A stretch of DNA of 64,000 bases, from the IMG/VR virus record IMGVR_UViG_3300031993_000007. One strand, 5' to 3'. The position numbers were made by a program, and so were the translations under genes. The notes beneath the pieces were generated by a model, which worked only from the letters and a program-made list of their open reading frames with translations, was not told the DNA's origin and did not search any database. Positions 1-9,245 of this stretch are shown here, in pieces; positions within the stretch are counted from its first letter, which is position 1, and each line of letters opens with the position of its first letter. Source of the stretch: a virus. Lineage: Duplodnaviria > Caudoviricetes.

Positions 1-131
1 ATATACGAGAACACACGCTTTCGATCGACTTCAAACAATTTACAGAAGAAGCTCATGTTGTATCCGGCATTGTGCTTACTTTTTATACGGGCTATCTTGA
101 TAGTCTCAATTAATTCTGGTGTTGCGCTCAT
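1..131 (-). CDS. 5' part of a hypothetical protein, paralog of 26048-26494 (runs off the window)
   Basis: ATG at 131 gives MSATPELIETIKIARIKSKHNAGYNMSFFCKLFEVD, which aligns by eye with MTKDDVFQAIKVAYRKCKRNTVFNAKYFCEVFNLD; AAGGA upstream. Confidence 0.7.
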   Translation of the reverse strand, partial: MSATPELIETIKIARIKSKHNAGYNMSFFCKLFEVDRKRVFSY

Positions 132-212
132 TGTAACAATCCTTGTATAGTAATTAAAATATCACCCCCAATACTCGCTAAGTTATTCTTGTTTCATTTC
201 TCGATTGAGAAA

Positions 213-518
213 TCAAATGTGGTTGTAAGCTTGGATAAGTGCGTCAACCTTATTTCCGTGTCGATCGCCCTTTTCGTCAAAGGTATAGAGTTCAGCAATA
301 TCATCGCAGGATACTTCCACAAAAGGAAACACGATGAATTGAACACGCTTGGCAATATACCGAGCAGCCAACGCAGGATCTCTTCCAATTTCAGCTTGAG
401 CCTTCGCAGGCATAACCATCTTGGAGCGGAAACCAATAGGAACTCCGCATTCCTCTGTTCCGTCCTTGCGAACGATACACACCATCGGCATATCTAGCCC
501 AATTCGTCTTTCTTTCAT
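213..518 (-). CDS. hypothetical protein
   Basis: ORF with AAGGAG SD; 3' end may be degraded. Confidence 0.55.
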   Translation of the reverse strand: MKERRIGLDMPMVCIVRKDGTEECGVPIGFRSKMVMPAKAQAEIGRDPALAARYIAKRVQFIVFPFVEVSCDDIAELYTFDEKGDRHGNKVDALIQAYNHI

Positions 519-562
519 ATTATCATTCTCCTTTGCTAGTAATAATTTGGGTTGACAAAGCT

Positions 563-1009
563 TTATTTACTGAATTTTGCAAGTTCATATATCTCTCCTA
601 GCGTGCGTTTTCCTAAATTTACCTTTATCTTAGAGAGTCTTTCCTTTTCGTTTAAAGAGAGACAAGACATTACCTTAGCCAGAATAGTCATATCTGGATA
701 GTTAGTATTCAGCTTTTCCTTGGCTACAGACAGGCTTTCTTTAGCTGATTTAATCTTAGCTTCTAGCCACGATCTATCAGTCCTCTCTATACAATTTTCG
801 TCATTACAGAATCCTGATATTGACGCATACACGGTTCCAAGAGAGACAAAGATTTTGGAATAGTCATCTTCCATACAATCTGACCATTCCACTGAAAGAG
901 CTACATGCCCATTTAGGATTTTCCCGTATTCTATGATCTCATTACTATCTTGTTTGATGAGGTCAAGACCTTCCTGTTGGCATATCTTCTCAAATTCACT
1001 TATTTCCAT
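563..1009 (-). CDS. hypothetical protein
   Basis: 148-aa ORF with AAGGAG SD. Confidence 0.8.
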   Translation of the reverse strand: MEISEFEKICQQEGLDLIKQDSNEIIEYGKILNGHVALSVEWSDCMEDDYSKIFVSLGTVYASISGFCNDENCIERTDRSWLEAKIKSAKESLSVAKEKLNTNYPDMTILAKVMSCLSLNEKERLSKIKVNLGKRTLGEIYELAKFSK

Positions 1010-1120
1010 TTTTACTCCTTAAAGAAAAATTTGGGTTGGTGGATTCCATAGAGAATTCCAAAGCCAATTTAAGATTTCTCTATAAATTATGCTTTGGTAT
1101 TCTCTATATTTATTCCACAA

Positions 1121-1180
1121 TTTAATATATCACCAGGTCATAGAAATTTACAAAAAAGGTAAGGACGCTTGTCCTTACCT
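1121..1180 (-). promoter_or_regulatory. terminator hairpin (1157-1180) followed by early promoter TATATTA (1123-1129)
   Basis: AGGTAAGGAC/GTCCTTACCT stem plus T-run; degenerate copy of the 9602/19612 repeat. Confidence 0.7.
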
Positions 1181-1190
1181 GATATTAGAG

Positions 1191-1427
1191 CTAATCGCCT
1201 GTTTCCTTCTGGTTCGTGGCCCAAACGTAGAACGCCTTGAAGATGGTCATCATCATACAGACGAAGAATGCCATTCCGGCAAAGGCCGTTAGAAGTATAG
1301 AAGATAAGCTTCCGCCTTCAGTTAAGAAACTGAGCCAGATCTTAACGTGAAGGCAAAACAGCATTGCAAAGCTGCCGCTTATAAAGTGGAGGCCCAACAG
1401 TTTGATAACGTATTTTAGTTTGGTCAT
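1191..1427 (-). CDS. small membrane protein (2 TM)
   Basis: two hydrophobic stretches; ATGA overlap with upstream gene. Confidence 0.7.
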   Translation of the reverse strand: MTKLKYVIKLLGLHFISGSFAMLFCLHVKIWLSFLTEGGSLSSILLTAFAGMAFFVCMMMTIFKAFYVWATNQKETGD

Positions 1428-1660
1428 ATGTTTCTAGGTGCGGTTGGAGGGTTAACGATTATTCCATCTGGTTTATCCGTATAACTCCCTTGGGAGATAC
1501 GTTGTACATTGATCTTGCCATCAAATCGGATCTTGCGAGCATTGCTGTCACAGATCCAAAGGTTATTTGTTCCTGGCTCGATCTCAATACTTATCGATGG
1601 ATACTTGTTCAATATTAGACACGAAAGATGTTCTAAGAAGCTTTCTGCAACTGTAGCCAT
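1424..1660 (-). CDS. hypothetical protein
   Basis: GAGG SD; tightly packed in operon. Confidence 0.7.
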   Translation of the reverse strand: MATVAESFLEHLSCLILNKYPSISIEIEPGTNNLWICDSNARKIRFDGKINVQRISQGSYTDKPDGIIVNPPTAPRNI

Positions 1661-1661
1661 G

Positions 1662-1994
1662 CTATTTCCTCACATTGAATCTCACCATTACTGGATCAAT
1701 TAAGTGAAATTGCAGCTCTTTCAAAGCTTTTACAGCATCATTGAGATCAATATTTGATGTTATGGCTTTCGAGCTTCCGGGATACTGAAGGTGATAGCCA
1801 TTATCGTTCTTGTCATAAATCAGTCTGTTTACGGCCTTGCCATCGGCATCGCCTTGTACAAAGCAGACAGCGATACTTTCAATGGAGTCCTTAAGTGTCT
1901 TGAGATTATGCTTGACAATACTGCTATCTAGCTCTTTAAAGTGAATGCTTATGGTGTCTATGAATATTTCTGCGTTGAAGATATCTTTGTCCAT
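1662..1994 (-). CDS. hypothetical protein, paralog of 12825-13151
   Basis: SIESIAVCFVQGD..AVNRLIYD..DPVMVRFN vs TIESITVCFAQGD..GVNRLIWD..DPIGVEFN. Confidence 0.8.
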   Translation of the reverse strand: MDKDIFNAEIFIDTISIHFKELDSSIVKHNLKTLKDSIESIAVCFVQGDADGKAVNRLIYDKNDNGYHLQYPGSSKAITSNIDLNDAVKALKELQFHLIDPVMVRFNVRK

Positions 1995-1997
1995 AGT

Positions 1998-2288
1998 TTA
2001 ATTCTTCCAGTTAAGTTCAAAGTATACGAAGTCAGTGTTGAATTCAGGGGAGTGTACATTTTCGATATACCTCACATGGTAGAAAGAGTCAGTGAAGACT
2101 TTTACATAGCTATTGTACTTGCATTCCGAGATCATAAGATTGATGCTCTTCTTGCCTTCGGACAGAGCCTTGGCGACCCTAGCCTCAATATCCTTTATGA
2201 TGTTTTCTTCTCGAACGATCTTTTCCTGAGCCTCTTTCGAAAGCTTGGATTCTCGCTCAATTTCTCCGATGGATTTCATTCTCATCAC
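1998..2288 (-). CDS. hypothetical protein, 'MKSI...W-terminal' family, paralog of 21308-21586
   Basis: MKSIGEI..IIKDIEARVAKALS..FELNWK vs MKSIEQI..IIFNIESAIKEALS..YEISWK. Confidence 0.75.
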   Translation of the reverse strand: MMRMKSIGEIERESKLSKEAQEKIVREENIIKDIEARVAKALSEGKKSINLMISECKYNSYVKVFTDSFYHVRYIENVHSPEFNTDFVYFELNWKN

Positions 2289-2291
2289 AGT

Positions 2292-2465
2292 CTACCTCTT
2301 TGAATGTTTGTGTTTAAGTTTTCTTCGTTGCGCACGATTAAGACCTCCAGAATTGCTAGGGTCTTCAATCGCTGATTTCATCAGGCTTCTGGGAGGATGT
2401 TTGCATCTGACCCAAATTCCTAAGAATGGAAAATAGTACGGCTTTCGTTCTTCGGAATCGGTCAT
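2292..2465 (-). CDS. small basic protein (57 aa; not in ORF track)
   Basis: MTDSEERKPYYFPFLG...NRAQRRKLKHKHSKR; fills the gap, ATGA-coupled. Confidence 0.55.
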   Translation of the reverse strand: MTDSEERKPYYFPFLGIWVRCKHPPRSLMKSAIEDPSNSGGLNRAQRRKLKHKHSKR

Positions 2466-2626
2466 GAGATAATATCCTTTATTATTATGTAGTAGAACGC
2501 AAATCCGTACAGTACTGCCATGACAACAAGGCCGATGATATTAAATATGGCCACGGCCAGCTTGTCAGTAAACAACCTGTCCGCAGCCTTTTGGCGTTTG
2601 TACCAATGAACGATACTACGGATCAT
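2462..2626 (-). CDS. small membrane protein (54 aa; not in ORF track)
   Basis: MIRSIVHWYK...AVAIFNIIGLVVMAVLYGFAFYYIII; GGAG SD. Confidence 0.6.
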   Translation of the reverse strand: MIRSIVHWYKRQKAADRLFTDKLAVAIFNIIGLVVMAVLYGFAFYYIIIKDIIS

Positions 2627-2999
2627 GATCTACTCCATTTTCAAACAGGAATGCCTTTACAATCCGATCTCGATTGGAATCGTCGCACTCTTTAAATCCG
2701 GTATTGAAATGCTCGTAGTACGGAGACCACCAGTCATATGCTTCCGGATTGCGCTTGAGCCACGATTTTTTCCATTCAAAGCCGTTCTTCTTGTGCCAGA
2801 TCTTGATCTCAATTCCGCTATAGTCTTCCCACTCGTTCCAATATTCGTAGCTAAGCTTTCTGGTAAACCTGTTATAGTACCGGAACCAGATGCTAGGCTT
2901 AACATTTATCTTCACTTTCTTGTATAAGATGAGTTGCCATAGTATAAATGCAGCTACGACAATTACTACTGACAACAATGACGAAAGTAGAATACCCAT
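2616..2999 (-). CDS. membrane-anchored Trp-rich hypothetical protein
   Basis: N-terminal TM helix; coupled to upstream stop codon. Confidence 0.75.
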   Translation of the reverse strand: MGILLSSLLSVVIVVAAFILWQLILYKKVKINVKPSIWFRYYNRFTRKLSYEYWNEWEDYSGIEIKIWHKKNGFEWKKSWLKRNPEAYDWWSPYYEHFNTGFKECDDSNRDRIVKAFLFENGVDHDP

Positions 3000-3301
3000 T
3001 ATTGAACCTTCTTTTCGATGTAGTAACGAGTGTAAGTATCTTCCTCAATAGGATAAGCTCTATAGCGATCAGATAGAAGCTTGAGAATCAGAGATGGATT
3101 GACGGACAAATCGTACATCAAATCACGGATCTCACAACTTTCGTTCACAAATGGCATGATTGAGATAGCAATGCTGTTATGCGTCTTCATCCACTCGTCA
3201 ATCTTCTCTATGAGTAGCTTCTCCTCGGGGTTCGGTTCCGGCAAGATTTCAGTGAAGATCATCTCCGGAATCTTGAACAAAGACTTCAGGAATTTAAACA
3301 T
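2999..3301 (-). CDS. hypothetical protein (start revised to MFKFLK)
   Basis: ATG 3301 overlaps the end of the upstream gene; AAGGA SD. Confidence 0.7.
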   Translation of the reverse strand: MFKFLKSLFKIPEMIFTEILPEPNPEEKLLIEKIDEWMKTHNSIAISIMPFVNESCEIRDLMYDLSVNPSLILKLLSDRYRAYPIEEDTYTRYYIEKKVQ

Positions 3302-4250
3302 TGGAAGTTTCCTTTTTGGGAAGGTCGTTAAAGCCAATGATTGTGATGTCTTTCTTCTGTAGCGCTTTAGCACCGTAGGTAGTGAAATTGCCTTCACGAT
3401 CCCAACCATCTTCTTTATACTTGTAATCTTCAAGCATACTAATATTGTTTTTCTTGAAGGCGTTGCCAATGATCCTTTCGCCAACATCAAGAAGGCTTGC
3501 GAGCGTGCTGCAACCTCCGGTGGCAGTACTCAAGCGCTTATCAAGGCTGTTCATGAAGTTTTGAATCTGCTTCCGGTTCCAGCTGCCAGCCGGGAACAAA
3601 GCCATTCCTTGCATGGAATGCCATTCTGGCCCATTAGAGAAGCGCCATCCGGCATCTCCGCCACAAGTGAAGATGTACGAGATAAACTTTGGCTTCTTAG
3701 AAATGGACTGTTTGGCAGTCTGTTTCGTCGTAGCACCCTTGGGGATGAAACGGACAGAATCCTTAAAGGTAACTTCTTGCACATCGCCATCTCTTTCCTG
3801 ATGGTACAGAAACTCATAAACATTCTGCGTGCTGAAGGAAATAACGTAGAACGAAAGGTCAGCTGTAATCTCGCCTTCATATACACCATCTTCGTAGATG
3901 GTCAAGATATCCAAGTCTAGATACGGCTTCTTGTGCTCTTTTTGGTACTTTTCCAGCTTGTCTGTGTCAAGCCTTCCGTTGTGCCATTCATCATCTTCGT
4001 CGTGTTCAAAGATATCTCGATCCGGAACCTTCTCAAGAATATCCGTTCCGAACATATCTAAAACCAGATCCCTGAAGCACTTGTTATTTCCAGCGCTTCC
4101 AAGGAACAGAAAGCCATCCTTTGTCTTGTCAAAGGTAAAGTAATGAAAGCCGAACGGTGTTACAAAGCTCTTCAGAAATACCTTAGCTTCCTTGGCATTC
4201 TTAAAGTCTTTCATCCACTTAGCAATGGTTGCAAGATGTTTCTTGGACAT
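3294..4250 (-). CDS. hypothetical protein (318 aa)
   Basis: long ORF, AAGGAG SD. Confidence 0.85.
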   Translation of the reverse strand: MSKKHLATIAKWMKDFKNAKEAKVFLKSFVTPFGFHYFTFDKTKDGFLFLGSAGNNKCFRDLVLDMFGTDILEKVPDRDIFEHDEDDEWHNGRLDTDKLEKYQKEHKKPYLDLDILTIYEDGVYEGEITADLSFYVISFSTQNVYEFLYHQERDGDVQEVTFKDSVRFIPKGATTKQTAKQSISKKPKFISYIFTCGGDAGWRFSNGPEWHSMQGMALFPAGSWNRKQIQNFMNSLDKRLSTATGGCSTLASLLDVGERIIGNAFKKNNISMLEDYKYKEDGWDREGNFTTYGAKALQKKDITIIGFNDLPKKETSNV

Positions 4251-4399
4251 TATTTCTCCTTAGGTTGAGTTCTATCTTTCGCATGGAAGATAGTTTGGTT
4301 GTAGTGAAACTTGTAGTAGAGATCCATTCCGCACTTTGGACAAGTGCAATCAAAACTGTTAACCTGATGGTCACAATTTTCATTCAGACATTTTGGCAT
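4250..4399 (-). CDS. small zinc-ribbon protein (49 aa; not in ORF track)
   Basis: MPKCLNENC...CPKCG; GAGG SD; stop overlaps next ATG. Confidence 0.6.
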   Translation of the reverse strand: MPKCLNENCDHQVNSFDCTCPKCGMDLYYKFHYNQTIFHAKDRTQPKEK

Positions 4400-4433
4400 G
4401 ACAAAATCCTCGAGTTGATGATTGTCTATCTAA

Positions 4434-4476
4434 TAATATAAAAAATAAAAAAGATAAGGATATAGAGTCCTTATCT
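4434..4476 (-). promoter_or_regulatory. terminator (4452-4476) + early promoter TATATTA (4434-4440)
   Basis: AGATAAGGA/TCCTTATCT stem, same arms as 20824-20848. Confidence 0.75.
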
Positions 4477-4499
4477 CGTAGTATCATTCTTTCGTTGGT

Positions 4500-4682
4500 T
4501 TATTTTGTTCCTAGAATTTGTTCACGAACAAATCCTCTTGAATCCCAGAATTCAGATAGATACTTAATGGTATCCACTTCAGTAGCACAAGCCTTGAAAC
4601 CTGGGCCATCTGTTCTACGCCCTTTGTTCGATTCCATACCAGATCTGATTACATCCATCCACTTCTTAGAAATGTTATTCAT
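4500..4682 (-). CDS. hypothetical protein
   Basis: AGGAG SD before ATG 4682. Confidence 0.6.
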   Translation of the reverse strand: MNNISKKWMDVIRSGMESNKGRRTDGPGFKACATEVDTIKYLSEFWDSRGFVREQILGTK

Positions 4683-5088
4683 TCTTGCTCCTAAACTTCT
4701 CGGCAAGTTCCATATACTTATCATGCAATTTACAGTAAAACTTTATTTCTTTTTCCCAGCTTACGCCTTGAATTTCTTGCTGCAAACTATATCGACAGCA
4801 CCGCTCTTCGCACCACCGGGCTTTATCCAAGCACCGTTTGTACTTTTGGAGACGAATTGTCTTTACTGCATTATCAACACTTCTCTTTTGAGTCTTTTGC
4901 AACTCTGCAAGGAATTCTTTAGTTTCCTTGAGAAGCCTGGATTTTTCATGCAGTTTATATTCCTTCTCGGCAATCTCCTTGTCAGCTTCTGACTTGATGC
5001 AAACTTCAACCTCATCCGTTGAATTTTCATTAAATTCAAAAACCTTTACTACTTTCAGTTGTGCCATATCTAGTCTTCCCCAGTCCAT
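4675..5088 (-). CDS. hypothetical coiled-coil protein, related to 5832-6101
   Basis: KSEADKEIAEKE vs ANEVDKVIAEKD. Confidence 0.7.
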   Translation of the reverse strand: MDWGRLDMAQLKVVKVFEFNENSTDEVEVCIKSEADKEIAEKEYKLHEKSRLLKETKEFLAELQKTQKRSVDNAVKTIRLQKYKRCLDKARWCEERCCRYSLQQEIQGVSWEKEIKFYCKLHDKYMELAEKFRSKNE

Positions 5089-5270
5089 TGTCCCAAGCCA
5101 TCTCCAGAGACTTGGGCCAGTTTGTTGTTAATCTTTGCGGTAAATGAATCAATCATTTCTTGCTTTTCGTATACGGCATACCATCCACCCTGCGGAGCTT
5201 TCTCAAATCTCTTGAACTTGAACCCTTTGGCCTCGTTCTCAGAAATCCGCTTACGGAGTTCGGCGGTCAT
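5070..5270 (-). CDS. hypothetical protein
   Basis: ORF in packed minus-strand run. Confidence 0.55.
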   Translation of the reverse strand: MTAELRKRISENEAKGFKFKRFEKAPQGGWYAVYEKQEMIDSFTAKINNKLAQVSGDGLGQWTGED

Positions 5271-5341
5271 CTGCGGCCCATTTCGTTTCCTTACCTCCGG
5301 TTAGTCTCCTGTATAATGTCGCTCGGCTGATTCCCAGCTCC

Positions 5342-5629
5342 TCACAAGCCTTTGTCTTGTTGCCGCCAAACTTTTCCAAAAACGTTCGTTATGGTTTTCA
5401 GCTCAACATTGTCCAAGTTTGATTCGTTAGCACTGTTGGCCAGATCGTACATCTCTAGCGCTAATTTCGCTGTCCGATAGCCCACATTCCATTCTGGACA
5501 AGTGTTACACGGCTTCTGGTTGCACTTTTGATGAGCGTCTTTATGGACTTTATCGCACTTAAAGCACTTGCATTGTGTGCTAGCAGCCATAGATGCGTAA
5601 TGGTCTCGCTCTTCACTCGTCATCGCCAT
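5342..5629 (-). CDS. Cys-rich putative Zn-binding protein
   Basis: CKCFKC..C..C..C; AGGAG SD. Confidence 0.65.
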   Translation of the reverse strand: MAMTSEERDHYASMAASTQCKCFKCDKVHKDAHQKCNQKPCNTCPEWNVGYRTAKLALEMYDLANSANESNLDNVELKTITNVFGKVWRQQDKGL

Positions 5630-5632
5630 ATG

Positions 5633-5863
5633 CTACTCCTTCTTAACAATAGTTCCGCAATGCATGGCCCACCATACCTTGCCATCTGCGATACACACAA
5701 CGTTTGCGTGATTTGGCAACGGTGGTAAAATAGCAACCACATCGCACTCACGAAAGTAAGCTACTTCCCCCTGTTGCATACTCCATGTATACAGCTTTCT
5801 TGGAGGGCTAAAGATCTGCGGTTCTGTAATTTCACCTATCTTCACTTTCAGTTCTTGTATCAT
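5633..5863 (-). CDS. hypothetical protein
   Basis: GGAGG SD. Confidence 0.65.
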   Translation of the reverse strand: MIQELKVKIGEITEPQIFSPPRKLYTWSMQQGEVAYFRECDVVAILPPLPNHANVVCIADGKVWWAMHCGTIVKKE

Positions 5864-6101
5864 TACTTACCTCCTCGAACTTATCAATCATGTGACGGCA
5901 GCGAGCCATTCGTGCTTCATCACACTCGGCTTCAGCCGCTTCGAGTCTAGCAGACCACAAGTTGAAATTAAGCTTGCGGATCTCAGCGTCCTTCTCTGCG
6001 ATCACTTTGTCAACCTCGTTTGCGTGATATACACGATACCGATGAGTAGCTGGCGTGATGACAGTATCTTCATAGTAAAAGTGCGATGTCAGTTCGCTCA
6101 T
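5832..6101 (-). CDS. hypothetical protein, related to 4675-5088
   Basis: GAGG SD; shared E.DK.IAEK motif. Confidence 0.7.
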   Translation of the reverse strand: MSELTSHFYYEDTVITPATHRYRVYHANEVDKVIAEKDAEIRKLNFNLWSARLEAAEAECDEARMARCRHMIDKFEEVSNDTRTESEDR

Positions 6102-6161
6102 ATTTGTAATACCTCTTGAGATGGATATTTGTCATGCTACCACGATAAAATCATATAGCCT

Positions 6162-6557
6162 TTAGGCTTGATCTTTTGCGTCTTTAGCAAATCCGGCCTT
6201 TGATAGAGCGCTAAAGGCTTTGTCAATATGACAAAGCTTTCCGCTATACAAGACCTTTCCTAGATATCCATCTGGGTACAGCTTAATTGCTTTATCTTCT
6301 TCGCTGATTCTTAATATTACAGAATAAGTATTAAAATTGTTTTCATTGTCAGTAAATTCAGCGACATACGATTTGATAGCTTCAATTAGTTCAAGCGACT
6401 TTTCATCATTTGATTTGTCAGCTTGTAAGTTTTGCTTTTGACGGATACTTTGCATGAATGTTTTGATATCTGCATCTGCATTATCCATGTGCATTACTGT
6501 TTTAACTGTCTTGCTAACGATACCAAGAAGTTCTTTCTTTGTAACAATTTTGCCCAT
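6162..6557 (-). CDS. hypothetical protein
   Basis: GGAGG SD, 131 aa. Confidence 0.8.
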   Translation of the reverse strand: MGKIVTKKELLGIVSKTVKTVMHMDNADADIKTFMQSIRQKQNLQADKSNDEKSLELIEAIKSYVAEFTDNENNFNTYSVILRISEEDKAIKLYPDGYLGKVLYSGKLCHIDKAFSALSKAGFAKDAKDQA

Positions 6558-6566
6558 TGAGACCTC

Positions 6567-6860
6567 CTACTGTTCGATACATTCAAGGGCCACAGGGTAC
6601 GGGTAACCATCCATGTTTTGAGCACTTGAGTATCCTCCTTTATTGTGGTTTCTAAAACTGTAATCATTCACAATTTTGCACTTGGCCTTCTTAAGAGGAA
6701 CTTGCTTTTCGATGCAAGTCATCTTCAAAGTAGCTCCTCCCTTAGTTTCGTTGGCGATCTGTGCCTTTGCCGTATTGCATTGATGCAAAGTGGTGAAGTC
6801 AATAGTATCTACTCCACCATAGTAAGAATTTATTACGAGCACGAATATGACCTTAAACAT
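6567..6860 (-). CDS. hypothetical protein, possibly exported and disulfide-containing
   Basis: hydrophobic N-terminus, 4 Cys; AAGGAG SD. Confidence 0.65.
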   Translation of the reverse strand: MFKVIFVLVINSYYGGVDTIDFTTLHQCNTAKAQIANETKGGATLKMTCIEKQVPLKKAKCKIVNDYSFRNHNKGGYSSAQNMDGYPYPVALECIEQ

Positions 6861-6894
6861 AGTTATTTTATAACTCCTTCGTAGATTTTTGCTC

Positions 6895-7146
6895 CTAAAA
6901 GGTTATCAGACAGAAGACGCTAATTCCAAGAGAGGCAAGTAAGGCAATTACTACCAAAATTGCACCTAGAAACAGAAGTACGATGAAGAGCGCTGTAGCG
7001 TCATAGCGCCAAAAGCCATCATCGAACATTCTAGTTTCTAGGCCTATACATACTAAGAAGGTATGATAGCGTTCATACCAAGAATAGCACTGAAGGATCT
7101 CTCGGAATTTAACGTCATGATGGTCTTGTTTAACATCGTCCATCAT
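6895..7146 (-). CDS. membrane protein
   Basis: long C-terminal hydrophobic segment. Confidence 0.7.
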   Translation of the reverse strand: MMDDVKQDHHDVKFREILQCYSWYERYHTFLVCIGLETRMFDDGFWRYDATALFIVLLFLGAILVVIALLASLGISVFCLITF

Positions 7147-7158
7147 GACATCAGTCTC

Positions 7159-7875
7159 CTAGCCTAAGCCAATGCTGCTTAGCATATGGCCGTAATGATT
7201 AGCCATTGCGATATTTTCTGCTTCTCTTTTCGCCGTATACTTTTGGTATCTGGCTTCCTTGGCTCGCAAATCCCCTGAGATTTCGGTTGTAATCAGGTCT
7301 ATGTTGCCAAGGATTAAGATAGCAGTATCCAATGATCCAAGACCATTCGGATCATTGGTGTCAAAACATTGCATGGCAGGATCGCTATTTCCGAAAGAAG
7401 GAATACGGCTGCGTTTTACTGTAAGCTCGTCAGTATTTTCTTTAAGCCTGTATTCTGTCTTGTACGGATAAAGGTTACAAGCAACTTTTCCATAACTAAC
7501 GATCATACAAACTTCGTCAGAATGGATATGGATGTCAATCTGTAATTCTGTATACCTGTTATACCATTTTGTGGTTTCGTGGTATGATTTAAATTGCGTC
7601 CACAGACATCGAAGATAATGATTATTAGTATCTGGGTTTACTCTTTTTCGGACTTCCATATGCTGCTCTAATGTTCTACAAACTTCAGGCTCATAAGCAA
7701 TAAGATACTTTTGTTGCATTTTATCGCCGAACTTGAGGTTTTTCCAAGGAATTACGCTAGTACCAGCATTTGTGTATATGCTGCCCTTAAAGACTTCTTT
7801 GAAAGACAGAAGGTACTTTTTCATGCCAGCAATTACTCTTCCCTTGATAGCCTCCATTTCTTCCTGTGTATCCAT
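7159..7875 (-). CDS. hypothetical protein (238 aa)
   Basis: AAGGAG SD. Confidence 0.85.
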   Translation of the reverse strand: MDTQEEMEAIKGRVIAGMKKYLLSFKEVFKGSIYTNAGTSVIPWKNLKFGDKMQQKYLIAYEPEVCRTLEQHMEVRKRVNPDTNNHYLRCLWTQFKSYHETTKWYNRYTELQIDIHIHSDEVCMIVSYGKVACNLYPYKTEYRLKENTDELTVKRSRIPSFGNSDPAMQCFDTNDPNGLGSLDTAILILGNIDLITTEISGDLRAKEARYQKYTAKREAENIAMANHYGHMLSSIGLG

Positions 7876-7884
7876 TTGAGCTCC

Positions 7885-8319
7885 TTAGCAGGTGTAGATG
7901 TGATGGATCCAAGCCGTGCCAATGCACTTCTTGTCATCCATGCTATCACCGAACAGAGGACAGCCTTCTTCATTCTTCTTTACACAGAACATGATGCGAT
8001 CGAAGTCCATACCGCAGTTTCCTACGACACGATACTTCTTTCCGACTTCTGCGTCGAAGAAGGGGATTTCCTTGGGTTCCTGATATGGAGTCCAGTCTTC
8101 CGGGATTTCTGCTGCGTGCTGCCAGTAGAAGTCCCAATCGCCATCTTGAAGTGCAGCAGTTGTAATCCACGGCTTAGGGCCTATTTGCATACCAGTAACT
8201 AGTCTCTTTTCGGGTTGTTGATCGTCATCATCATTCCAAACGAGCATGTAATGGCCAGTAGCATGGATAGGAAATTTGAACTTTGTAGTTTCCTTAAGTT
8301 TATCTTTTGTATAGTTCAT
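7885..8319 (-). CDS. hypothetical protein
   Basis: ATGA-coupled ORF, 144 aa. Confidence 0.8.
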   Translation of the reverse strand: MNYTKDKLKETTKFKFPIHATGHYMLVWNDDDDQQPEKRLVTGMQIGPKPWITTAALQDGDWDFYWQHAAEIPEDWTPYQEPKEIPFFDAEVGKKYRVVGNCGMDFDRIMFCVKKNEEGCPLFGDSMDDKKCIGTAWIHHIYTC

Positions 8320-8540
8320 GCTTCTTTCTCCAACGGCATATAGGTATTTGAGGGAGGATTGGTATTTATCTTGTGCAAGTCATCCTCGATAGTTCTTTCA
8401 ACGCAGGACTCATCGCCGTCTACATCAATAGACAACTCGAAGTTATCATAATTCTTAGGATCGCCAAGGGCTCTAACTGCATTGGATGCAATCCTTGTCA
8501 GTTCTGCACGGGAAATTTTCTTAAATGTAAATCTCATCAT
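8316..8540 (-). CDS. hypothetical protein
   Basis: AAGGA SD. Confidence 0.7.
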   Translation of the reverse strand: MMRFTFKKISRAELTRIASNAVRALGDPKNYDNFELSIDVDGDESCVERTIEDDLHKINTNPPSNTYMPLEKEA

Positions 8541-8552
8541 TTTGATTTTCCT

Positions 8553-9167
8553 TTAATTTTCTTTCGTCGAGCTACTTATTGAACTCATAAGCTTTTCAAC
8601 AATATCAAACACCTTGGACTTGCCATCGCCGGATTTCACACTTGCAAATTTTCCTTCAATAGTCTTTGCGGCATTCTCGATATCTGCCAAGGCAAGCTTC
8701 TCGACTTCCTCGTCTCGGGATCCCATTTTGGAAAGATTCCCGATTGCAGCTCTGTAAAGCATACTGCTACCATCGGTAGTGACTCGAATAACCTTATAGT
8801 CATTCGTAACTACTACCATTCCCTTCCAGTACTGGTTAACTTCGCTGTTGAAAGATTCCATTTCCCACGGAAGGACAGAGCGGATTAATCCGGCCAGACA
8901 ATCAATCTCACAGATATCGTCGTGCTCAAGATCGCCCTCTTCACCTTCGTCATATCCAAGATTGGCAAGGATGCCATTCTTAATCGGAAAGTCCTTAGGA
9001 GCCTGTTCCAGTTCCATTTCGTGAGAAATGTCAGAAATGTAATCCGACCAGTCACGATTAGAAGCAATGCCGTCATAGTCGTGGTCGCCATACATCACAA
9101 GGCAAATCATATTGCCCGGATGCTTGGCAAAGACTGCGTCAATTCGTTCTTTAATTTGAATGTCCAT
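8553..9167 (-). CDS. hypothetical protein, probable distant paralog of 14887-15456
   Basis: IKERIDAVF / VKAKLEAIF and GMVVVTNDYKVIRV / GVIAVNSKFDIYKI; first gene after an early promoter. Confidence 0.8.
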   Translation of the reverse strand: MDIQIKERIDAVFAKHPGNMICLVMYGDHDYDGIASNRDWSDYISDISHEMELEQAPKDFPIKNGILANLGYDEGEEGDLEHDDICEIDCLAGLIRSVLPWEMESFNSEVNQYWKGMVVVTNDYKVIRVTTDGSSMLYRAAIGNLSKMGSRDEEVEKLALADIENAAKTIEGKFASVKSGDGKSKVFDIVEKLMSSISSSTKEN

Positions 9168-9182
9168 TAGTTATCTCCTTTG

Positions 9183-9245
9183 TAGGTTGAATTGTACATA
9201 CTATAATATACCGCAGAAAAAATAAAGGCCTAGTAAAGACCTTTA
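9183..9245 (-). promoter_or_regulatory. early promoter TATATTA (9204-9210) with conserved leader TGTACAATTCAACC
   Basis: 29-nt block nearly identical to 20784-20812. Confidence 0.75.
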
